A stretch of DNA of 32,000 nt from Telmatocola sphagniphila (GTDB lineage Bacteria > Planctomycetota > Planctomycetia > Gemmatales > Gemmataceae), in contig NZ_CP074694.1 in the NCBI RefSeq assembly GCF_018398935.1, positions 4,680,001 to 4,712,000 on the forward strand, written 5' to 3'. The notes under the pieces were generated by a model. The model was not told the origin of the DNA. It saw nothing but the letters and a program-made list of their open reading frames with translations, and made no database searches. Within the stretch, counting starts at the first letter, position 1; each line of letters begins with the position of its first letter. This document shows positions 16,489-24,070 of this stretch, one piece after another. Made by a program: the position numbers and the translations under genes.

Positions 16489-17121
16489 ATGCCCGTTTCA
16501 CGAAAGATTTCCGGCATGAAAGCACTTTTCCGCCTTTTGTTTCTGTCTTTAGCGCTACTGTCCTTCGTGGGCGATCAGGCCAGCAAGTATGGGATTTTTC
16601 GCTGGCTTTACAACGATGGCATCGGAGATCAAAAGCAGGTCGTAGACGGCTGGTTCTGTCTGCGCGCCGATTACATTCCCAACGGCCCGGAGGGCGATTG
16701 TGCTCTCACGACCTGGAGCGGCAAAATTCTCCCCCGGGTGAACAAAGGAGCCCTCTTCGGTTTGGGCAACGAGCACGAGCATCGCAGCAACTTTTTCTTC
16801 GCCTGCGTGAGCGTGGCGGCCGCGGTGTTCATCTTTGTCTGGGGCTTCCGGAAAGCCGGGCCAAAGGATCGGCTGCTGACCTTTTCGCTCGGGCTCATTC
16901 TGGGTGGCACTCTGGGCAATTTTTACGACCGGGTAGTGTTCGGGGGTGTGCGCGACTTCTTTGACTTCTACAAGATTGGCTTCCCGGTCTTCAACGTGGC
17001 CGACTGCTGTCTGGTGGTCGGGGCCTTTTTGCTTTTGACTCAAGCAATCTTCTTCACTAAACCGGAACAAGCCCCTGCTTCCGGGGAAGAGACCAAAACC
17101 GCTTTTGCAGTGCAATCATGA
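16489..17121 (+). CDS. lspA: Lipoprotein signal peptidase (signal peptidase II)
   Basis: Motifs are GDQASKY, NKGALFGLGN, GGTLGNFYDRVVFGGVRDFFDF and FPVFNVADCCLVVGA, with four hydrophobic segments. An alternative ATG lies at 16516. Confidence 0.85.
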   Translation: MPVSRKISGMKALFRLLFLSLALLSFVGDQASKYGIFRWLYNDGIGDQKQVVDGWFCLRADYIPNGPEGDCALTTWSGKILPRVNKGALFGLGNEHEHRSNFFFACVSVAAAVFIFVWGFRKAGPKDRLLTFSLGLILGGTLGNFYDRVVFGGVRDFFDFYKIGFPVFNVADCCLVVGAFLLLTQAIFFTKPEQAPASGEETKTAFAVQS

Positions 17122-18833
17122 ATTGGGATCGCCGGCTGAAAATTTTCCTCTTTCTGCTGGCGCTGCTCCCGACCGCGATCGTTCAACTTTCGCTGTTCCA
17201 GAAGACGGAACCCTTTTTCAACAACGATGAAACTCGCCATTTCATGACGGGGATATTTTTCCACGATTTCTTAAAATCGGGCGACTACCTTCACCCGAAA
17301 GAATACGCCACCCAGTACTATCTGCAGTATCCCGCGCTCGGCCTGCTGGTTTGGCCCCCCGGGTTGCATGTGGCGGAGGGATTCTGGTTTCTGCTCTGGG
17401 GGCCAACGTTTCTGGCCGGCCGCATACTCGTCGAGCTATTTTTTGTCATTTCCTCTCTCTACCTGTTTCGATTGATTGTCCGCACCAGCGGTTTACCGCT
17501 CGCCTTCGGAACCGTCTTCCTGTTCGGGCTTCTCCCCGCTGTGGTCCCAGCCGCCCGGCACATCATGGGAGAAGTGCCGACACTGGCCTGGATTCTCGCC
17601 AGTCTGTTTCACTTCGAACGCTATATCGTGCCGGCTCTCCCGCCGACGCTTGAAGAAATTGAACGAAACGAACATCTTCGTCCCAAGCCGGTAGCGCGCC
17701 GGGTGCGCGATGTCTGGCTCGCCTGTCTGTTCGCGGCCCTGGCGGCGTTGACCCGTTTTGATGCCGTGCTGCTGCTGCCCTATTTTTTCGGGCGGTTGGT
17801 GATGACGCGGCAATTGTCCCTGTTGAAAAATCGCGCTGTGATCGGCGGTATTCTGCTCGCGCTTGGCCTGACGGCCCCTTACTACTATCTCACATGGAAA
17901 GAGTACGGTACCGCAGTGGCCAAGGCCGCGAGTGAAGGGACGGTCGAAGGTTCGACGAGTCTCTTCGCTCTGAGCAATCTTTTCTTCTACCCCAGCCAAC
18001 TTCCCAAGCAGATCAGCTGGTTTCTGCTGCTCCCGGCCCTGGTCGGTTTTCTGGTGAGTTGGTTACCGTTTCGGCTCGATCACTCCGCCGTGTGGCGGGT
18101 GTTGGTGATAGCGGTCTATCTCACTTTCACACCGCTGGCGGAACTCGATTCTCGACACACGATTTACTGGCTGCCGGCCTGGGCCTATTTCAGCGTCTAT
18201 GGCTTCTTCTGGCTCTGCTCGGCGGCCCCGGAACTGACCACCCGAGTCATGGCTATTTTCCTGGGAGGCATCGTGGTTCTGGGAGGCCTGCTCTACACCA
18301 CCTGGATCGGCCCAAACCACTATGTTTTCGGCTACCGGGAGGCCGCGGAATATGTCGTCGAACATTCCGAACCTCAAGAGCGGATTCTCATCGATGCTTT
18401 TCTAAACGGTGGCTTTATCGCCGACGTTCGCCTGCTCGATCCCCAGCGCGGCCGGACAGTATTACGCGGCGATAAAATCTTCTACGGGATGATCAGCGAT
18501 CCGCACGGCGGCTACCAGGATTTCGCCCAAGGACCGGACGAAATTGCCCAGAGGATTTTCGACTACGATCCCGCCTACATTGTGGTCGAACAACCGCAGT
18601 TGTATTTCGATCTGCCGGGAGCCCAAAACTTCCGGGAAGCGATCAGGAAATATGCCGATCGCTTCGAGTTGGTAAAAACCGTTGAAATACGCAGCAACCG
18701 GACGATCTTCGAAGACGCCCGGCTGGAGATTTATAAGAATCGCAAACGGAACCCGAATCCAATGCGCGATATCTCGTTACCGATGTTGAATTTGGGCAAG
18801 ACGCTGGGAACGCCGCCCAACCCAAAGGAATAG
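17118..18833 (+). CDS. Polytopic membrane glycosyltransferase, GT-C fold, GT39/PMT-ArnT-like
   Basis: 571 aa. The ATG overlaps the lspA stop (ATGA at 17118-17121). The protein has many transmembrane segments. The first-loop motif NDETRHFMTG resembles the DE.HF motif of PMT/GT39 enzymes. The C-terminal domain is soluble. Confidence 0.7.
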   Translation: MNWDRRLKIFLFLLALLPTAIVQLSLFQKTEPFFNNDETRHFMTGIFFHDFLKSGDYLHPKEYATQYYLQYPALGLLVWPPGLHVAEGFWFLLWGPTFLAGRILVELFFVISSLYLFRLIVRTSGLPLAFGTVFLFGLLPAVVPAARHIMGEVPTLAWILASLFHFERYIVPALPPTLEEIERNEHLRPKPVARRVRDVWLACLFAALAALTRFDAVLLLPYFFGRLVMTRQLSLLKNRAVIGGILLALGLTAPYYYLTWKEYGTAVAKAASEGTVEGSTSLFALSNLFFYPSQLPKQISWFLLLPALVGFLVSWLPFRLDHSAVWRVLVIAVYLTFTPLAELDSRHTIYWLPAWAYFSVYGFFWLCSAAPELTTRVMAIFLGGIVVLGGLLYTTWIGPNHYVFGYREAAEYVVEHSEPQERILIDAFLNGGFIADVRLLDPQRGRTVLRGDKIFYGMISDPHGGYQDFAQGPDEIAQRIFDYDPAYIVVEQPQLYFDLPGAQNFREAIRKYADRFELVKTVEIRSNRTIFEDARLEIYKNRKRNPNPMRDISLPMLNLGKTLGTPPNPKE

Positions 18834-18925
18834 CCGACAAGATCTAGCAGAAAGCGGCTGAGATTAGAAAATGATCATCGGGGTCTGGCTCGCTACCGAG
18901 CCGTTTATCAACTACAATTCTGCAT

Positions 18926-20245
18926 ATGAACCCGATTTCGCCGGAACAATTTCAAGCACTTGTTATCAAGAGCAAACTGATCGATCCGGATCGCTTGCGC
19001 AAAGTCTGGAAGGATATTCCCAGTAATTTACGGACCGATGCCGGTAAAATGGCAGCCTTTCTGGTCAAACAGCGCTTCCTGACGGAATTTCAGGCTCTCA
19101 AGCTTCTTAAAGGCATCCGACAGGGCCTGGTGCTGGGTAAATATCGAATTCTGTCCCCTATTGGCCGGGGCGGTATGGGCACGGTCTATCTGGCCCGGCA
19201 CGAAAACGGCAGTCTGGTCGCTCTGAAAGTGCTTCCTCCCAAACGGGCGAAACGGGAAGAGCGTACCCTGGCCCGGTTCTTGCGCGAAATGGAACTTTCG
19301 CAACGGGTCAAGCACCCGAATCTGGCCCGCACGCATGAAGTCGGCACCTCGCAGGGCATCTATTTCATTGCGATGGAGTACATTCGAGGCAAATCGCTCA
19401 AGCAACTGGTGGTCGATGAAGGCCCACTCAGTGTGGATCGGGCCTCGGCCCTGTTCATAGAAGTCTCGGTCGGCCTCGCATACGCGCACGCTCGCGGCCT
19501 GATACACCGCGACTTGAAGCCTTCGAATATCATGGTGACCCCGGCCGGGCATGCGAAGATTCTCGACTTCGGTCTGGCGATGGAAAGCGACGAGGAAATT
19601 CCCGAAGACAAGACCATCATCGGCGGCAAAGGCTACGTCGTCGGAACCATGGATTTCATCGCTCCCGAGCAGATTCAGAACTCGGCCGATGTCGATTTCC
19701 GCGCCGACCTATATGCCCTCGGCTGCACGATGTACTACACGCTGACTGGCCAGCCGCCGTTCCCGGGCGGAAGTTCCAAGCGCAAAATGAAAATGCACCT
19801 GACGGAATTTCCGGAGCCGATTCCGGAGATTAATCCCGAGGTGCCGGAAGCATTCGCCCGCATCGCCGAGAAGTTGATGGAGAAAGATCCGTCGCGGCGC
19901 TACCAGAACGCCGATGCGGTTTGCGAGGCGATCATGCCCTGGTCCAAGGATGATCAGCCGGTGAAGCAGGACGATGAGCTATCCAACACCGCCATCATCG
20001 AAGAGGTCACGCATACCAAGATGCATTACTGGCGTGAGATTGGCACGACGCTGGCGGCGGTAGTTCCTTCGGAAAGCGGTTCGCAATCGACATCGATGCC
20101 GAACCTGGAACTTTCGGAAGATGAAGGGGAAAAACGCGAGAGCACCAACAAAATCGTCTGGAATCAGAAGATCACCAATATTTTATTGCTGGTGTTATCG
20201 CTGCTGATGTTGATAATTATCGTCGTACTCATCTTCCGGCAATAA
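18926..20245 (+). CDS. Ser/Thr protein kinase, C-terminally tail-anchored
   Basis: Hanks motifs are GRGGMGTVYLA, VALKVL, HRDLKPSNIM, DFGLA and APEQ. A single transmembrane segment occupies the extreme C-terminus (ILLLVLSLLMLIIIVVLIFRQ-stop). No extracytoplasmic domain is present. Confidence 0.9.
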   Translation: MNPISPEQFQALVIKSKLIDPDRLRKVWKDIPSNLRTDAGKMAAFLVKQRFLTEFQALKLLKGIRQGLVLGKYRILSPIGRGGMGTVYLARHENGSLVALKVLPPKRAKREERTLARFLREMELSQRVKHPNLARTHEVGTSQGIYFIAMEYIRGKSLKQLVVDEGPLSVDRASALFIEVSVGLAYAHARGLIHRDLKPSNIMVTPAGHAKILDFGLAMESDEEIPEDKTIIGGKGYVVGTMDFIAPEQIQNSADVDFRADLYALGCTMYYTLTGQPPFPGGSSKRKMKMHLTEFPEPIPEINPEVPEAFARIAEKLMEKDPSRRYQNADAVCEAIMPWSKDDQPVKQDDELSNTAIIEEVTHTKMHYWREIGTTLAAVVPSESGSQSTSMPNLELSEDEGEKRESTNKIVWNQKITNILLLVLSLLMLIIIVVLIFRQ

Positions 20246-20288
20246 ACGGGACGGCTTTCCGTCTCGTCTGAACTGCGAGGAGATCGCC

Positions 20289-21452
20289 ATGCAAAATACA
20301 CGACGCTTCGGTCTGGCTTTGGCAACCGTTTTTCTTCTGCCCCTGGTGGCTGTCGCCTGTCTTTGGGATTACGACACGCTCGCTCAGGAACGCGGCCGGT
20401 TCCCTTCCACGCTCGAACTGATTACTGGCAAGTTCCTCCGCCATTCTCCCGAGTTCTACGAATGGCGCATCGAGGACCGGCTCAAGAAGCTCGAAAAAGA
20501 TCCCAACAACCTTAACTACCACGACGACCTGGCCGCCGCCTATTCCAAAATTGGCAACTTCGATAAGGCCATCGAGGTCATGCAGCGGAAAGAAAAGATT
20601 CAGCCAGGCTTATATGAGACCTATTCCAATCTCGGCACTTTCTATATCCTCGCCGGGCGATTCAAAGAAGGTCTGCCTTATATCGACAAAGCTCTGGCAA
20701 TTAATCCCGATGCGCACTTCGGAAGAGAGAAGTATCAGAAGTATTTGGTGGAGTATGTGCTTGCAAAGATGAAAGATCAGAGAAAACTGACATTTCCTTT
20801 GGTATCCGCCGAAGCAATGGACAAGTCTAATAATCTAAAGTTCGATGCTTGGTTGAATTCATTTAAAAAAACTGATCCCAATTCCGACGATCGACACTCC
20901 GCCGTGAAAGGCATACTGGGGATGATGCGCTTTGCGGATTATAAGAATCCAATTCTACTCGAAGCGCTAGGCAATTTACTCTGGTCGGAAAGGGAAAGAG
21001 GGGACGGGAAGCAACTGGCCACCCGGGCCTTCTTACAGGCCTCTTACTTTATGAAAGTTGATGACCAGCGCGAAGAGTATAGGAAATTAGCGAAGGCGGC
21101 CCTGCGCATGAAGCAGGGTGTAACTCTGGAACTTGTGGAGTCCGCATTTCAGAAAGAATTGGCCGATGCCGAAAAGTGGTATGACGATTTACGTGCGAAA
21201 GAAATCGATTGGATCAAGGCCGGCCTGAACGCGGATGAGGAGTTCGACAAACTCTATGCCCAAGATCCGCATATTGGAGGAGAGGAATGGGAACCCGGCC
21301 GTCAGACCTGGATACAGTATTTTGACACGCATCCGACGGTTATCGTATTTGGTTTGTTAGCCTGCCTTTTACTCATAATCCCGACGTCTCTTTTACTTTG
21401 TAAATTCGCGTATCGCCGAATTTGCCTTAGGCGTGCTAACCTCCCTGGGTAG
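20289..21452 (+). CDS. Exported TPR protein with a C-terminal membrane anchor, paralog A
   Basis: 387 aa. GAGGAG lies 6 nt before the ATG. The signal peptide ends in VAVA-CLWDYDTL. TPR-like sequence reads AAAYSKIGNFDKAIEVMQRK...YSNLGTFYILAGRFKEGLPYIDKALAINP. A C-terminal transmembrane segment is followed by the basic tail KFAYRRICLRRANLPG. Confidence 0.8.
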   Translation: MQNTRRFGLALATVFLLPLVAVACLWDYDTLAQERGRFPSTLELITGKFLRHSPEFYEWRIEDRLKKLEKDPNNLNYHDDLAAAYSKIGNFDKAIEVMQRKEKIQPGLYETYSNLGTFYILAGRFKEGLPYIDKALAINPDAHFGREKYQKYLVEYVLAKMKDQRKLTFPLVSAEAMDKSNNLKFDAWLNSFKKTDPNSDDRHSAVKGILGMMRFADYKNPILLEALGNLLWSERERGDGKQLATRAFLQASYFMKVDDQREEYRKLAKAALRMKQGVTLELVESAFQKELADAEKWYDDLRAKEIDWIKAGLNADEEFDKLYAQDPHIGGEEWEPGRQTWIQYFDTHPTVIVFGLLACLLLIIPTSLLLCKFAYRRICLRRANLPG

Positions 21453-21466
21453 ACCGAAACGGTCAA
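21447..21466 (+). repeat. REP head motif GGGTAGACCGAAACGGTCAA, copy 3
   Basis: Identical to 4132-4151 and 4396-4415. Its TAG (21450-21452) is the stop codon of paralog A. Confidence 0.85.
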
Positions 21467-21520
21467 CCCAAGGCTAGATTCCTTCAATCCTCCTCTCGTC
21501 AGAATTGTGAGGTGCTCGTC

Positions 21521-22696
21521 ATGAAAACATCCCGTCGATTCGTTCTAACATTAGCTGCCGTAGTTTCATTACCCATGATGGCTGTCGCCTGTCTTTGGGA
21601 TTACGACACGCTCGCTCAGGAACGCGGCCGGTTCCCTTCCACGCTCGAACTGATTACTGGCAAGTTCCTCCGCCATTCTCCCGAGTTCTACGAATGGCGC
21701 ATCGAGGACCGGCTCAAGAAACTCGAAAAAGATCCCAACAACCTCAACTACCACGACGACCTGGCTGTGGCTTATTCCAAAATCGGCAACTTTGATAAAG
21801 CCATTGAAGTCATTCAACGCAAAGAGAAGATCCAGCCAGGCTTATACGAAACCTATTCCAATCTCGGCACTTTCTATATCCTCGCCGGGCGATTCAAAGA
21901 AGGGCTGCCTTACATCGATAAAGCTCTGGCAATTAATCCCGATGCGCACTTCGGGCGAGAGAAATATCAGAAGTATTTGGTGGAGTATGTGCTTGAAAAG
22001 ATGGCGAACAAGAATCAATTGACCTTTCCTTTGGGGTCGCTCGGCACGAAAAGCAACGAAAAAGATTCCAAATTTAGGCCTTGGCTATTAACACCGAAAC
22101 CGGCAGATTACAATTCCATTTCCCGTGAAGATGCTATTAAGGGTGTCCTCGGAATGATGCGATTTGCGGATTATAAAAATCCGATTCTTCTCGAAGCACT
22201 TGGGGATTTGCTTTGGATTCAGACATTTGAACGCTGGCCAGAAAATATTCCACACGATGGTAAATTATTGGCCGCTCGTGCTTATCTACAGGCTTCGTAC
22301 CAGATGAAAGATGATGTGCAAAGGGAAGAATATAGAAAAATAGCCACTGCCGCTCTTTATCTAAAAAGTGAAAGGTCTGTCGAATCGATAGAACCGCAAT
22401 TTCTGGAAGAGATCGCTGACGCCGAAAAGTGGTATGAAGAATTACGCCTTAAGGAAATCGGCTGGATAAAAGCAGGTCTCGACGTCGAAGCTGAATTCGA
22501 CAAGCTGTATGATAGGGAACCACAAGTAAAAGGAGATTTTTGGGAACTTCTCACTAAAGATATAAGCCAAGACGACTTTCTATTAGCTTCCATAATATGC
22601 TTCTTTTTTTTCGTTCTTCTCTTTTTTCTATTCTGCATAGTCGCTTACCGCAGGGTCCGCCGTTGGCGGTCGCGTCGCAACTCCCTCCCCGGGTAG
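21521..22696 (+). CDS. Exported TPR protein with a C-terminal membrane anchor, paralog B
   Basis: The ATG at 21521 is preceded by GAGGTG with 6-nt spacing, and lies exactly 1232 nt from the paralog A start. The ORF-track start at 21512 is GTG. The N-terminal roughly 150 aa are almost identical to paralog A. The C-terminal tail is VAYRRVRRWRSRRNSLPG. Confidence 0.8.
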   Translation: MKTSRRFVLTLAAVVSLPMMAVACLWDYDTLAQERGRFPSTLELITGKFLRHSPEFYEWRIEDRLKKLEKDPNNLNYHDDLAVAYSKIGNFDKAIEVIQRKEKIQPGLYETYSNLGTFYILAGRFKEGLPYIDKALAINPDAHFGREKYQKYLVEYVLEKMANKNQLTFPLGSLGTKSNEKDSKFRPWLLTPKPADYNSISREDAIKGVLGMMRFADYKNPILLEALGDLLWIQTFERWPENIPHDGKLLAARAYLQASYQMKDDVQREEYRKIATAALYLKSERSVESIEPQFLEEIADAEKWYEELRLKEIGWIKAGLDVEAEFDKLYDREPQVKGDFWELLTKDISQDDFLLASIICFFFFVLLFFLFCIVAYRRVRRWRSRRNSLPG

Positions 22697-22710
22697 ACTG
22701 AAACGGTCAA
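22691..22710 (+). repeat. REP head motif GGGTAGACTGAAACGGTCAA, copy 4 (1 mismatch)
   Basis: Its TAG (22694-22696) is the stop codon of paralog B. Confidence 0.8.
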
Positions 22711-22743
22711 TCCGGGCCTCAGGTATTTCAACCCTCCGGATTG
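22708..22743. terminator. Inverted repeat between convergent paralog B and birA, possibly a bidirectional terminator
   Basis: CAATCCGG (22708-22715) and CCGGATTG (22736-22743) are perfect inverted repeats. The structure encloses the birA stop codon (22728-22730). No U-tract is present. Confidence 0.3.
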
Positions 22744-23492
22744 AGAATTGTGAGGTGTCGCACCAGTTCGGGACGAATTGATCTGATTGTGCCGTTTGAG
22801 TCGCGCATCTCCAGTTCCGCGAAATGCAGCCGTTCGATATAGCCAGTCTCCGAAGTGCCGTTCATAAATTCGACGGTGACCGTTTTGGCTTCCAATCCCA
22901 GCCGTTCGCGCCAACGAGATTCCAGCGTTTCGAGATCCCCTTGGAGAAGTCGCTGGTAGTGCGCGTTCAAATTCGCCAGCAGTTTTGGCGTGACCTCTTC
23001 AATTTCAAAGGTTCGGCCTGCTTCGATGCTCAAAGAACTCGCATCGGGTAATTGCGCGGCCGCGAAGTCTGCCGCCGTCTGATTCAAGTTGCAGCCCATC
23101 CCGCAAACCACGGCTAGTTCCTGATCCCGATTGGTTCTCGACTCGATCAGGATCCCGCAGACTTTCTTGCGATTGATCAGAATGTCATTGGGCCATTTCA
23201 TCCGGGCTATCAGGCCGGTCGCCTGCTGAATGGTTTCGCAGACGGAAACGGCCGCTAATGCGGTTAACAGCACCGGTCTACGAAGTTCGGGCGGAGGGAA
23301 GAGAAGAACAGAAAGGAGAATGGCCGAATCGGACTTGGCCTGCCAGCTGCGGCCATGTTGACCGCGACCGGCCGTTTGTAGCCGGGTCTGGAACACGGCC
23401 CCGTCGAGGGAAGGGTCGTTGGCATACTCCAGGGCCTGGCGATTGGTACTGTCGATTTCGTCAAAACGAAAATGCTGGGAGCCGATTTTCAT
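22728..23492 (-). CDS. birA: Biotin--[acetyl-CoA-carboxylase] ligase (class I, no HTH domain)
   Basis: Motifs are FDEIDSTN, QTAGRGQHGRSWQA (GRGRxGRxW type) and KWPNDILINRKKVCGILIE. I prefer the ATG at 23492 because the ORF-track start at 23519 is TTG. Confidence 0.85.
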   Translation of the reverse strand: MKIGSQHFRFDEIDSTNRQALEYANDPSLDGAVFQTRLQTAGRGQHGRSWQAKSDSAILLSVLLFPPPELRRPVLLTALAAVSVCETIQQATGLIARMKWPNDILINRKKVCGILIESRTNRDQELAVVCGMGCNLNQTAADFAAAQLPDASSLSIEAGRTFEIEEVTPKLLANLNAHYQRLLQGDLETLESRWRERLGLEAKTVTVEFMNGTSETGYIERLHFAELEMRDSNGTIRSIRPELVRHLTILNPEG

Positions 23493-23515
23493 GCCGTCGC
23501 TTCGTCCGAAAAATC

Positions 23516-23992
23516 TCAATCTAGCTGGTAGGGGCTACCGGCAGCTTCCTCGTGGCGAATCTCGTCCACCGCTTCCTTGCGACCCCAGCCTTTATACAGC
23601 CGGTTGGCGGCATTGAAGACCAGACCCTGGACGTTCCCAACGTTTTTGTAGGCGTGCACCACACCCTTGGGCACTATGAGCGCGAACGGGTTATCTGCGC
23701 CGACTACGCGAACGTCGCGCTTTCCGTAAGTGGGAGAATCTTTGCGGGCATCCCAAAGGTAGACTTTGAAATTTGAAGGCCCATAGAAGCAAAAATAGTC
23801 CGCCTGGTCGATATGCTCGTGCGGCCCACGGCTGATACCCGGTTCCGTCATGGAGATATAGGCCATGACCGGATGAAATTCCGTGGGAATGTCATCGTGG
23901 CGGAACAGTTCGCACAACCAGCCTCGATGGTCCTTGAAATGGGTCAGTTTCTTCCAGACGATGTCTTTGATCTCGCCATCGGTAAATTGCAT
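23516..23992 (-). CDS. RmlC-like cupin (dTDP-4-dehydrorhamnose 3,5-epimerase family)
   Basis: 158 aa with an ATG start. Motifs are FKDHRGWLCELF, ISRGPHEH, VYLWDARKDSPTYGK and LIVPKGVVHAYKNVG. Confidence 0.7.
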   Translation of the reverse strand: MQFTDGEIKDIVWKKLTHFKDHRGWLCELFRHDDIPTEFHPVMAYISMTEPGISRGPHEHIDQADYFCFYGPSNFKVYLWDARKDSPTYGKRDVRVVGADNPFALIVPKGVVHAYKNVGNVQGLVFNAANRLYKGWGRKEAVDEIRHEEAAGSPYQLD

Positions 23993-24070
23993 AGTGTTTC
24001 TGCTGCAAAGGTTGCGTAAATGGCCCAGGCCGTGCCGAGCGCGTCTTTTAGGAAATAATACGTTAGCTTT

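Noticed and set aside
16555-17999. Minus-strand ORFs 16555..17115 and 17493..17999
   Set aside because: They are antisense to lspA and to the GT39-like membrane protein gene. No motifs are present.
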